A stretch of 64,000 nt of DNA. Origin: Myxococcota bacterium (GTDB lineage Bacteria > Myxococcota_A > UBA9160 > UBA4427). This document shows, in pieces, positions 37,370-46,451 of this stretch. The stretch lies in the NCBI GenBank assembly GCA_029243605.1, contig JAQWRT010000015.1, forward strand, positions 9,423 through 73,422, given 5' to 3'. Below the pieces are notes generated by a model, which was not told the DNA's origin, did not search any database, and saw nothing but the letters and a program-made list of their open reading frames with translations. Each line of letters begins with the position of its first letter. Position 1 is the first letter of the stretch. Both the position numbers and the translations under genes were made by a program.

Positions 37370-38779
37370 TTAGCCCTTCTTGACGTTCAGGACTTGGGAC
37401 GAAGTGAACTCGGCTAGGCCCCAGGGACCGTTCTCGACGCCCATGCCCGATTCCTTGATCCCACCGAATGGAAGGAATGGGCTCAGATTGAAGTGCTGGT
37501 TTACCCAGGCCGAGCCGGATTCGAGACGGCTTGCCATCTCCGTAGCCTTCTCGATATCTGCACTCCACACCGAGCCACCGAGTCCGAAGGAAGTCGCATT
37601 TGCTCGGCGAAGCACGTCTTCGTCGTCCTTGAAACGGATGATTGGCAGGATAGGTCCGAAGGGCTCTTCGTCCACGAGTCGGCTGCCATCTTCGATGTCT
37701 GCCACGAGTGTGATCGGAAAGAAGTAGCCCTTGGGTTCGGTTGGCTCTCCACCGACGAGGAAGCGAGCACCATCGGCCCGTGCACTCTCGGCCAGTTCGC
37801 AAACGCGGTCGAATTGCATCCTGTTTTGGACGGGCCCGTAGTCGGCCCCGTCGGAGAAGCCTTCTCCGACCTTGCGCTGGCTCGCCTTCTTGACCAGTTC
37901 ATCGCAGAGGGATTCGTAGATATCCTCGTGTACGTAGAGTCGTTTGATCGCACCGCAAACCTGGCCACTGTTCTGGAAGGCCATGTCAAAGATGGGGCCA
38001 GCGACCTCTGATGGGGTGGCATCCGCCCGGACGATGGCGGGGTCATTGCCGCCGAGCTCGAGAGTAATGCGCTTGAGGGTCGCCGACGCACTGGACATGA
38101 CTTTCTTGCCCGTGGGGCCAGAACCCGTAAACGAAATCTTTTGAATGTCGGGATGCTCGGTGATCCAGCGTCCCAGTTCGTCGCCGCCCGAAACCACATT
38201 CAGAACGCCAGGGGGGAGAACCTCACGGACGATTTCGCCGAAGGCGAGGACCGTCAGGGGCGTATAGGGAGACGGCTTGAGGACCATGGTATTTCCCATC
38301 ACGAGAGCCGGCCCGACCTTCCAGATCGAGAGCAAGAGGGGGAAATTCCAGGGAGTGATGGCACCGACCACGCCCAACGCATTACGGCGTAGTTCTATGC
38401 GCTGGGTCTCGCTTTCGGAAAGAATCTCGGTGGGGAGTTCGGTTGCGGCTGTGGCCCTTAGCCAAGCTGCGGTGCCCCCGACTTCAAACTGCGCATTGGC
38501 GAGAGTTTTGCCCTGTTCGCGCACGAGAATCTCGGAGAGTCGCGGGAGCTCCGCTTCGACCCGGTCGGCCATGGCACCCAATCGCTCCCGCCTTTTTTCG
38601 AGAGGGGTGTCTCTCCACCCAGGAAAGGCGTCCCGGGCAGCCTTCACCGCCGCATCGAGATCATCCCTGGATGCATCGGGGGCTTGGGCGAAGACCGCCT
38701 CGGTCGCCGGGTTCACTACGCCGAAGGTTTTTTCGGCAGCGACGAGTTGGCCGTTGATGCTCAGGGAAAAATCAGACAA
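37370..38779 (-). CDS. NAD(P)-dependent aldehyde dehydrogenase
   Basis: 469 aa with FTGSGPTGKKV, ELGGNDP and a catalytic Cys region NSGQVCGAIKR. Confidence 0.92.
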   Translation of the reverse strand: MSDFSLSINGQLVAAEKTFGVVNPATEAVFAQAPDASRDDLDAAVKAARDAFPGWRDTPLEKRRERLGAMADRVEAELPRLSEILVREQGKTLANAQFEVGGTAAWLRATAATELPTEILSESETQRIELRRNALGVVGAITPWNFPLLLSIWKVGPALVMGNTMVLKPSPYTPLTVLAFGEIVREVLPPGVLNVVSGGDELGRWITEHPDIQKISFTGSGPTGKKVMSSASATLKRITLELGGNDPAIVRADATPSEVAGPIFDMAFQNSGQVCGAIKRLYVHEDIYESLCDELVKKASQRKVGEGFSDGADYGPVQNRMQFDRVCELAESARADGARFLVGGEPTEPKGYFFPITLVADIEDGSRLVDEEPFGPILPIIRFKDDEDVLRRANATSFGLGGSVWSADIEKATEMASRLESGSAWVNQHFNLSPFLPFGGIKESGMGVENGPWGLAEFTSSQVLNVKKG

Positions 38780-38950
38780 GGAAAGCTCCTAGGCGCCTGC
38801 AGGATCGGGCCCGGTTGGGGGAGAGCCAAAAATCCCACAATACCCCGAAGGCCGCAAGCTCGAGAGCTCGCCTAGAAGAGGTCTTTGGCCTTCCTGTATC
38901 TGCGTGGATCAAGCCCGCGCTGGCTAGATCGTGTGGCCTGGGCGCGGAGA

Positions 38951-41311
38951 TCAGGGGTTGAGCAAAAAGCCCCCAGGGCGGTCTGGAGAGCCTTGGGGAA
39001 CGGGACCGGCGGTGGGTTGATTTGGGCTCATGCGGAGCCTATTCGAGGCCAGGAGTAGTTCGATCCGGTTCAAGAGCTTGAAGGAGGTAAAGGGCTTCGA
39101 GATGAAATCGCTCAGGATGCCGACTTCCTTCTGACTCGAATCGGCGAAGCCGCTCATGAACAAAACGGGGGTCAAATTTCCGATTTCTCGCAGCCGCGCC
39201 GCCAAGTCGATTCCGGAAAACTTAGGCATGACAATATCTGTGAGGAGCAGGTCGAAGGAGAGGGGCGATGACTCGATAATTGCCTTGGCTTCAAGCCCGC
39301 TGTGAGCGACAACGACGCTGTAGCCCGCCTTTTTTAGGACCTGGGTGAGGGTCTTGCGAACGTGGTCGTTGTCGTCGACGAGCAGGATTCTTCCACCTTC
39401 GGGGTTGGAGAGGGCTCGATAGACGGGATCAACGCTGGGCCGGACTGCGATGACCTGTTCCGGGATAAAGATCCCGAAAGTCGTCCCGCGGCCGGGTGCC
39501 GATTCGACGCGTACGGATCCGTTGAGATCCTGCAGAGCCTCCTGGACCGAAGCCAGCCCCAAACCCGTGCCCGAGCGTTTGGTCGTGAAAAAAGGCTCGA
39601 AGAGATGTGAGAGTACGTGTGGCGACATCCCACAACCCGTATCCGAAAAACGTAGAGCCAAAATATTCTCGGTTGCAGAAGCTTCGTCATAGGGCAGGGG
39701 AGATTCTGATCGCTGGATCCGATCCAGGGAGATCTTGATTTTCCCGCCCTCGGGCATTGCATCGCGCGCGTTGACGGTGAGATTGAGAAGGATCTGCTCG
39801 ATATTGGATGGGTCTGCGGTGACAAATGCCTCCGAGCTCAATGGGCTGAGTTCAACCTGGATCTTTTCGCCCACCATTCTATTCGCCATCTGGGCGAAGT
39901 TTCGGGTGGACTCATTCATATCGACCGGTTCGAGAAGGACCACTTGTTTGCGGCTCAACACGAGAAGCTTGCGAGTCAGCAGAGCGGCATGATCCGCGGC
40001 GCGGCCAATATCCTCGAGTAAATCGCGATCGAGTTTGGACTGGTTGTTCTCTTCAAGGAGCAGTTGGGAAGAGCCCATGATGGTCGTTAGAAGGTTATTG
40101 AAATCGTGGGCAATCGATCCGGCTAGGCGTCCCACGGTTTCCATTCTCTGCGCGATTCTCATCTTCTGTTCGGCTGCCGAGCGTTCCATGCTCGAGCCGA
40201 GGATGGAACCAAGCGTCTGAAGATCTTTGGCCAGTCCTGAAGAGGTCTCGAGTTCGTCCTTGAGGACGACGACTGCGCTTCCCAGGCTATGACTGCGGCC
40301 GGGAATCGAGATGATCAGAAGAGCGGCGACTTTTTCCGAAATGCCGATAAAGGCATTGGGGTCGCTTTTTCTGGTCAGGTATCCATAAGAATCCTCTAGG
40401 TACACGTTACTGCTAAAGGGCTGGAAGGTGTCCCAGCCAGAGTCCTCGCCCCATCCTTCCTCGCCGATCCATTCAGCCAAGTGGCTTTCTGATCCCGATG
40501 GAGCCTGGAATATTCCTACAGCCCTGGCGTCGAAAAGCGACCGTATCCCTTCGATAGCCTTGGTTCGCCACTCTTCGGAATCTCCGTGGACCACGTTCTT
40601 TGCGATCTCGGAAATTTTTCTGGCGACCCGGGCTCGTTCGCGAATTTGACCGTGGAGTCGGTGGAGGCTCTTGGTATGGGTGTCTAAGCCATTGCGAGCC
40701 ATGCTCAATTTTTGGGTGGCTAAGCCGAGTTCAATAACGGCTCGGCGCATAATGAAAGCGACGATTCCTAGGTTGAGCAGGGTCGCAGAGAGCATCCCGT
40801 GCTCTGATACCGGAACCAGCGGTGTCGGTGTGACTCCCAGCTGGTCGGCTTTGACGAGGGCGACGATGGCTGTCCCGCAAAGAAGGAAAAAAAAGATGGC
40901 TGCCCTGCCGCCGATGGTCAGGGCTGCGAGAATGATGACAGTCGAGAAGACGACCGCAGTGTGATGTTCGATTCCACCAAAGAAAAGAACCCCGAGGCAT
41001 ATCGCAAAGAAGAGGCTGAGGCAGAGGGCCCAGGCAGCGAATTGGACGTGCCCCCGCGCTTCTAATTTTACGAGGCCGAAGAATATGAGCGATAAGGGCA
41101 GGTAGAGTCCAAGCGAGGATCCCAAGGTTCCGTCGCTGATGAAGGGCGTGATGCATAAGAGGGTGAGTGAGCCGAACAAGAGCGTTCGCAGGCTCGACCG
41201 GAGCAGGCTCTGAGTGGACGAGGGCAGAGTGCTGGCCGGCGCTTGTGAGTCGGAATTCCGCTTGGATTTTAATCGCTTATGGGTGCCGATATGAGCTGAG
41301 GCCGGGTTCAT
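38951..41311 (-). CDS. Hybrid sensor histidine kinase / response regulator with a multi-TM N-terminal sensor
   Basis: 786 aa with 6-8 TM helices, an H-box SIAHDFNNLLTTI, N/G boxes (NARDAMPEGG, DTGCGM, GTGLGLA) and a C-terminal receiver ILLVDDNDHV...DLLLTDIVMP. Confidence 0.9.
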   Translation of the reverse strand: MNPASAHIGTHKRLKSKRNSDSQAPASTLPSSTQSLLRSSLRTLLFGSLTLLCITPFISDGTLGSSLGLYLPLSLIFFGLVKLEARGHVQFAAWALCLSLFFAICLGVLFFGGIEHHTAVVFSTVIILAALTIGGRAAIFFFLLCGTAIVALVKADQLGVTPTPLVPVSEHGMLSATLLNLGIVAFIMRRAVIELGLATQKLSMARNGLDTHTKSLHRLHGQIRERARVARKISEIAKNVVHGDSEEWRTKAIEGIRSLFDARAVGIFQAPSGSESHLAEWIGEEGWGEDSGWDTFQPFSSNVYLEDSYGYLTRKSDPNAFIGISEKVAALLIISIPGRSHSLGSAVVVLKDELETSSGLAKDLQTLGSILGSSMERSAAEQKMRIAQRMETVGRLAGSIAHDFNNLLTTIMGSSQLLLEENNQSKLDRDLLEDIGRAADHAALLTRKLLVLSRKQVVLLEPVDMNESTRNFAQMANRMVGEKIQVELSPLSSEAFVTADPSNIEQILLNLTVNARDAMPEGGKIKISLDRIQRSESPLPYDEASATENILALRFSDTGCGMSPHVLSHLFEPFFTTKRSGTGLGLASVQEALQDLNGSVRVESAPGRGTTFGIFIPEQVIAVRPSVDPVYRALSNPEGGRILLVDDNDHVRKTLTQVLKKAGYSVVVAHSGLEAKAIIESSPLSFDLLLTDIVMPKFSGIDLAARLREIGNLTPVLFMSGFADSSQKEVGILSDFISKPFTSFKLLNRIELLLASNRLRMSPNQPTAGPVPQGSPDRPGGFLLNP

Positions 41312-41679
41312 CGCCTGTGGTCCTTAGTCGCCTGGGAGTAGCCTGCGGATTCGCGAAAGGGAGAGATCAGGAAGAACGCATGCATGTTCAGTGCCAAAGC
41401 ATCTGGTTCTGTGGAGTCGCTGCTCGCCTCCTCCCGGCGGCTCTCCTCGGGAAGGCGCGGAAAAGGTTCAAATGAACAGATTCTCTTTGGCTGATTCGGG
41501 CCAGCCTTCGGTGTGGAGCGAGGCCTGGAGGCCACCTTTCGGTAGACTCGCCGCGCGCTCCCGACTTCGTCGGCATGGCTCGGTTCGCCGGGCGGGGCAG
41601 CTTTCCCAGGCTTGGGGGCAGGGGGCAACCCCGGGAGCCCTCTTCGGGATCCTCGAGATCAAAGGGCTTAGCCCCAGGG

Positions 41680-42510
41680 ATGATTTTGAAAGACTCCAGG
41701 AATGACCCCCGACTCCCGGCTCCCGACTCCCTGGGAGCGTGGGCGCAGCCCTCCCTTCCCCGGGATGGATCTTCCTGTTTCGGCTTTTGCCGGACCTGCG
41801 AGGAGTGGCATGCCCTGCCTATGGGGGCAGCGCGTGCTCATGCTCGAGAAGTCATGCGAGAGTTCGAGGAGATGGCGCGCCTGGATTACTTGTCGCCGAG
41901 TTCGTCGGCGGATCCCCGCTATTCCTTCGAGCACCTCTTCCCGGGCGAGCGGGGGCATATGTTCGGAGTGCTCGAGTGCCGGGACGCTCAGGGAGAAACC
42001 GTTTTTTTGCGGGCGTTCTCCTCGCTACACGGTGGCATCCGCTTTATCGAGGGCTGGGTTCCTCCCATTCTGAGCAGCGAGACGTATCGAGATTGCGTGT
42101 TGCCCGGTCAGGCGGCCATCAAGGATTTGAGTCGTCAGATGCTCGCTCTGGACCGCGCCTCGGGGCGCTACAAGGATTTATTCGATGAACGCCGATCGAT
42201 CTCCAGGGCGTTGATGGATGAGATGCAGTCCCTCTACTTCTTTCGGAATTTTCGAGGCGAGCGTCGCGGCCTACGCGATGTCTACGCGCTGCCGGGCAGC
42301 ATTCCGGGTGGCGTGGGCGAATGCTGCGCGCCCAAGCTGCTCAATCACGCTGCCCGGCTCGGGCTCAGGCCCGTGGGTATCGCGGAATTCTACTGGGGGG
42401 TAGCCACTCCTTCGGGGGAGAGGCAGCCGGGCGAATTCTATCCATGCTGTGAGGCCCGTTGCCGGCCTATTCTCGGCTTTCTCTTATGCGGAGTGAAGAA
42501 CCCTGACTGA
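41680..42510 (+). CDS. Cys-rich domain protein of unknown function, probably the N-terminal module of the downstream RluA-type synthase
   Basis: Its motifs are CFGFCRTCEEWH, GHMFGVLECRD...LRAFSS, GECCAPKLL and YPCCEARCRPILGFLLCG. It ends 13 nt after the RluA frame opens. The start is uncertain (the listed ORF begins at 41575). Confidence 0.5.
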   Translation: MILKDSRNDPRLPAPDSLGAWAQPSLPRDGSSCFGFCRTCEEWHALPMGAARAHAREVMREFEEMARLDYLSPSSSADPRYSFEHLFPGERGHMFGVLECRDAQGETVFLRAFSSLHGGIRFIEGWVPPILSSETYRDCVLPGQAAIKDLSRQMLALDRASGRYKDLFDERRSISRALMDEMQSLYFFRNFRGERRGLRDVYALPGSIPGGVGECCAPKLLNHAARLGLRPVGIAEFYWGVATPSGERQPGEFYPCCEARCRPILGFLLCGVKNPD

Positions 42511-42547
42511 ACCGCTGCTCGACATCGTTCATGAAGACCCGAATTTC

Positions 42548-43144
42548 GTGGTGGTCAACAAGGCCAGCGGGATGCTTTCCGTCCCCGGGAGGGGGCCGGA
42601 CAAGGTGGATTGCGTCGCCAATCGGGTGCGCTCGCTCTATCCCGGTTGTATCGATCAGCCCGCGGTGCATCGCCTGGATATGGACACATCGGGCCTAATC
42701 GTGGTCGCCCGAAACACCGAAGCGCATCGAAACCTTTCTATCCAGTTTCATCGTCGTCGTACGACCAAGGTCTATGTCGCTCTGCTTGAGGGCATCTTGG
42801 CTGAAGAGTCCGGCGAATTGGAGTTGCCCTTCCGGCTGGATATCGACAACCGGCCGATGCAGATCTACGACCCAATCCACGGCAAGGTCGGCATTACGCG
42901 TTGGCGGAAGTTGGCCGTGGAGGGTGGGTGGACCCGAGTGATTTTCGAACCGGTCACAGGGAGAACCCACCAATTGCGGATTCACTCGGCCCATTCCCGG
43001 GGCTTAGGGATCCCCATTGTCGGCGACCCTCTTTACGGTCACGGCACCGGGGCCGGGCAGCTGAAACTCCACGCTCGCGACCTGGGCTTATTTCATCCCG
43101 TGACGGATGAAGCTCTGAAATTTCACGCGCCGGTGCCCTTCTAG
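42548..43144 (+). CDS. RluA-family pseudouridine synthase catalytic domain
   Basis: It has the catalytic motif HRLDMDTSGLIVVARN and THQLRIH. The conserved strand PLLDIVHEDPNFVVVNK lies upstream of the first GTG or ATG, and the frame is open from 42497. Confidence 0.8.
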   Translation: MVVNKASGMLSVPGRGPDKVDCVANRVRSLYPGCIDQPAVHRLDMDTSGLIVVARNTEAHRNLSIQFHRRRTTKVYVALLEGILAEESGELELPFRLDIDNRPMQIYDPIHGKVGITRWRKLAVEGGWTRVIFEPVTGRTHQLRIHSAHSRGLGIPIVGDPLYGHGTGAGQLKLHARDLGLFHPVTDEALKFHAPVPF

Positions 43145-43205
43145 GGTCTCAAAGTCGACTTCGTTCCGGGTTGCATAGGCGTCGGCCAATCCATAGAAGT
43201 CTCTC

Positions 43206-43817
43206 TTATGTCGGAGCCCCGCGATAGTAGTCCCAGAGGAAGAGGGAGCCGGCGGTTCGGTAGGGAGCCCAGTGGGCGACTAGGTCGCGTGCCTGGCCGG
43301 GGGTCGGTCGCTCTTCGAGGCCTTTGAGTTTTCCCACGGCCACCCGAAGGGCGAGGTCACCTGACGGAAAGATATCCGTACGTCCCAGGGAGAACATCAG
43401 GTAGATCTCGGCGCTCCATTGGCCGAAGCCTCGCAGGGCAGTGATGGCTTCGATGGCGTCTTCATCGGAGAGTTGGGGTAGGCCTTCGAGGTCGAACGCG
43501 CCCTCTTCGATGGCACTGGCAAGGCCAGTCGCATATTCGACTTTTCGTCCGGACATGCCGGCAGCGCGCAGGGCGCCTTCGGGCAGGGCGAGTAGGGCTT
43601 TCGGAGTGGCGTCGGGCAGGACTTGTTCGACCCGGGCGCGAATGGTTCGCGCAGCCTCAGTGGAGATTTGTTGACCCACGATGGCCGAAAGTAGAGTGTT
43701 GAATCCGGCCGGTCGTACTCTGGGCTCGGGCGGACCGACGATTGCCAGGCCTCGGGCTACGTCTGGGTCGGCCTCTGCCAGCTTCTTCATAGCTCGCTTG
43801 ATGGCCGCCCTGTTCAT
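43206..43817 (-). CDS. DNA-3-methyladenine glycosylase II family (AlkA-like, HhH-GPD)
   Basis: The start MNRAAIKRAMKKL has an ATG overlapping the yhhQ stop (ATGA). It has an HhH region LTALRGFGQWSAEIY and a catalytic Asp in PSGDLAL. Confidence 0.8.
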   Translation of the reverse strand: MNRAAIKRAMKKLAEADPDVARGLAIVGPPEPRVRPAGFNTLLSAIVGQQISTEAARTIRARVEQVLPDATPKALLALPEGALRAAGMSGRKVEYATGLASAIEEGAFDLEGLPQLSDEDAIEAITALRGFGQWSAEIYLMFSLGRTDIFPSGDLALRVAVGKLKGLEERPTPGQARDLVAHWAPYRTAGSLFLWDYYRGAPT

Positions 43818-44596
43818 CCATTGTGCTCGGCGTGAGGGTCTATCTCGAGGTAATTGCCCAAGCGCTTTGTGAGGTAATAGAACGGGGCCGTATCGATCAG
43901 GGCCATCAATAATTTGAAGCCATATCCCGTCAAGATCAGAAGAGCGAGTTGGCCTGCTAGGGGAGCTTCGTGGTTGAGTACGCCCGCCAAGCCGCCGACC
44001 CACCAGGTAATCATGATCACTGCAACCGAATCAACGATTTGGCTGATCAGGGTCGAACCATTATTCCGCAGCCAGAGGTGCCGTCCCTTGGTGAGTCGCT
44101 TCCAAAAATGGAAGAGCCAGACATCGGTAAACTGGGCGGCCATATACGCGATCATCGATGCCATGGTCGCGCCGAAAGCAAAGGTCCTGACCTCAAAGAA
44201 GACGGGTTGTCTCTGGGCGGCATCGAGGACGGCCGAGCCGGTACTCGGGTCGATGGTCTCGAACCCGGGCAGGACGCCACCTAGCCAGAGGATGAAGAGA
44301 ACCCAGCCATTGAGCAGGAGTCCCATCCAAACGACCGCATTGGCGCGAGCCTGGCCGTAGAGTTCGCTGATCAGATCCGTGCATAGGAAGGTGACCGGGT
44401 AGGGGAGAACCCCGATGGCGACGGCGAAGGTCAGCGTTCCCCACGTAGCCGTTTCGAGTTCGCCAAGCTTGATGAAGCGAAGGATGCCCAGAATGTTGAG
44501 CATCGCCAGGGTGCCGAGGAAGAGTCCCGAGAGAACGAGGAAGACCCGTTCTCGCCGGGCGTGGAGGGCGGATGCTTCTATGGGGTGAAGAGACAT
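43814..44596 (-). CDS. yhhQ: Queuosine-precursor transporter family (YhhQ / DUF165)
   Basis: 260 aa, polytopic, with the characteristic LPYPVTFLCTDLISELYG motif. Confidence 0.8.
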   Translation of the reverse strand: MSLHPIEASALHARRERVFLVLSGLFLGTLAMLNILGILRFIKLGELETATWGTLTFAVAIGVLPYPVTFLCTDLISELYGQARANAVVWMGLLLNGWVLFILWLGGVLPGFETIDPSTGSAVLDAAQRQPVFFEVRTFAFGATMASMIAYMAAQFTDVWLFHFWKRLTKGRHLWLRNNGSTLISQIVDSVAVIMITWWVGGLAGVLNHEAPLAGQLALLILTGYGFKLLMALIDTAPFYYLTKRLGNYLEIDPHAEHNG

Positions 44597-44632
44597 GCTC
44601 TGACCATAGCCCTTTGCCTCAGGCGCAGGGTT

Positions 44633-44758
44633 TTAACCGTGGCATTTCCAGCCGTGTTTGCTTCCCCAGGACCCGTGGCTACAGCAACCAGAGGTCGCGA
44701 AGGTCAGCGCCGTAAAGAGAATCAGGAAGACGAGAAAGTTCTTCGTTGTATTCTTCAT
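44633..44758 (-). CDS. Small (41 aa) predicted lipoprotein/secreted peptide with a Cys/His/Trp/Gly-rich mature part
   Basis: It is not in the ORF track because it is under 60 aa. The sequence is MKNTTKNFLVFLILFTALTFATSGC-CSHGSWGSKHGWKCHG, running ATG to TAA with an AGAGG about 11 nt upstream. The n-h-c signal organisation has a Cys at the cleavage position. Confidence 0.45.
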   Translation of the reverse strand: MKNTTKNFLVFLILFTALTFATSGCCSHGSWGSKHGWKCHG

Positions 44759-44796
44759 TTAGTGGAGACCTCTGGGTTTGGCTTCGGAGGGTCAGT

Positions 44797-46281
44797 CTAT
44801 AGTTCGGGCTCGTTGGCGGCGCTGGCTCGGCCGGCGGCGCGGCCGAAAAAAGTGGCGTCGCCCACCGAGAGCCCGCTCGCATAGCCCGAGGCGTTGCGGG
44901 GGATGCCGCAGGCGGTTCGCCCAGCGGCATAGAGACCCTTGATGACCTCTTTTTCGGTGGTCAGCACTTCCCCAGTGGGCAGGGTATCGAGTCCGCCGAG
45001 AGTGAAAGCTGCGTAGATCGCCCCCTCGCCGGGGCTGCAGTCGAGGGCGGCATAGGGAGCGTTCATCGCTTTGAGCCATTCCGCGCTCTTGTGGAAGAGG
45101 GGGTCTTCGCCCTGGGCCGCATGCCTGGAGTAGAAGTCTATGGTGTGGCGGAGCATTTCCGAGTCGAGGCCGACTTCTTCCGCGAGCTCTTCGACGGTTT
45201 CCCCTGTGCCTACGATGGGCGCGTTCATGAAGGAGGGGTGGTCGTAATCCTCTGCTGAGACGATCAGGTAGGCCTTCCCTCCGAGCTGGTCGAGGGCTCG
45301 CGAGGCGACTCGGGCGTGATAACAGTCCTCGTTCACGAAGCGTTGGGCCTGGGCGTTCACGAAGATTCCATACGTGAGAGAGGAAGGCGGGTAATAAGGC
45401 AGGGTGATGAAGTGCTGGTCCATGTTGAGAAGCGCGCCTCCCACCGCTTGGCCCATGAGTAGCCCGCTCCCGGTATCCCCTGGGTTCCCGATGGGCAAGG
45501 GGCCGTCGGCGAGCCTGGGGCAGTACTGCTTCAGCATTTTGGGGTTCATCACAAATCCCCCCGCGCATAGAATGACGCCGCGGCGGGCTCTTACATTCAA
45601 TTCCTTGTTGTCGATACGAACGACCAGGCCCAGAACCTCCCCTTCGGCGTCACTAATCAGGGTCAGGGCACGCGCGTTGTATTCGATGCGGATATTTCGC
45701 TTTTCCACCTGTCCGGTCAGGGTCTTCATGAGGAGGGGGCCGCCGTTATCGCCCTCGACCTCCAAGTTGTGCCCTCTTGGGCAAGGTTCTGCGACCTCTC
45801 GGAAGGGCCAGCATTTTTCGCTCCCGGTGTAGAGGAGGCAGTCGTCGGTAAGCGCCATTATGGCGCGTTCCTTGTACTCCGTATCTTTGTAGGGGGCCCC
45901 CATGCTGACGAGCCAATCGAAGTGCTCAGTGCCCTCCTCGCAGTAGACGCGAACCTTGGCTTCATCGGCGAGGTCGCCGCCGGCGGCCATGAGGTAGTCG
46001 AACATGGCCTCGGTGGTGTCTTCGTAGCCACAGGCCTTCTGTACTCGAGTCCCCCCGTTGCCTCCGAGGTAGACCTCGGCGCTCGAGAGCTCCGTCGATC
46101 CTCCGCTCGCACTGGCGACTTCGAAGAGCGCCACCTCGGCCCCAGCATCGGCGGCTTCAATCGCGGCGCAGGCCCCGGCTCCGCCAAAGCCCACGATGGC
46201 GACATCGGTTTCGATATCCCAGTGCTCGACGCGTTCAGCGAGGCGCGGCCGGGAGGGAGTGGTTTTCTTGCCAGCGGACAT
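44797..46281 (-). CDS. FAD-dependent oxidoreductase (3-ketosteroid dehydrogenase / fumarate reductase flavoprotein-like)
   Basis: 494 aa with DVAIVGFGGAGACAAIEAADAGAEV...GGST at the N-terminus and GLYAAGRTACG...FGRAAG at the C-terminus. Confidence 0.85.
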   Translation of the reverse strand: MSAGKKTTPSRPRLAERVEHWDIETDVAIVGFGGAGACAAIEAADAGAEVALFEVASASGGSTELSSAEVYLGGNGGTRVQKACGYEDTTEAMFDYLMAAGGDLADEAKVRVYCEEGTEHFDWLVSMGAPYKDTEYKERAIMALTDDCLLYTGSEKCWPFREVAEPCPRGHNLEVEGDNGGPLLMKTLTGQVEKRNIRIEYNARALTLISDAEGEVLGLVVRIDNKELNVRARRGVILCAGGFVMNPKMLKQYCPRLADGPLPIGNPGDTGSGLLMGQAVGGALLNMDQHFITLPYYPPSSLTYGIFVNAQAQRFVNEDCYHARVASRALDQLGGKAYLIVSAEDYDHPSFMNAPIVGTGETVEELAEEVGLDSEMLRHTIDFYSRHAAQGEDPLFHKSAEWLKAMNAPYAALDCSPGEGAIYAAFTLGGLDTLPTGEVLTTEKEVIKGLYAAGRTACGIPRNASGYASGLSVGDATFFGRAAGRASAANEPEL

Positions 46282-46451
46282 GCGAGTCTCCGAAGATACG
46301 AGAAGATACGACTCACCCCGGGAGGGGGTCGTCGTGGATGGCCCACCGGGTTCGTCCTAGTCGTCACCGGTGATAGGGCGTTCCCACCATATCATATTGC
46401 CCCGGGACGGCCCCGCCGGAGCCATGCGGTCCACTGCGCGGTTCACCGGAG

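Noticed and set aside
44597-44800. Possible preQ1 riboswitch upstream of yhhQ
   Set aside because: YhhQ-family genes are often preQ1-regulated, so I looked for a short P1 hairpin followed by an A-rich tail pairing with the RBS. I see only a weak CCTC...GAGG stem and no A-rich tail. The region is better explained by the 41-codon ORF. An Rfam scan would settle it.
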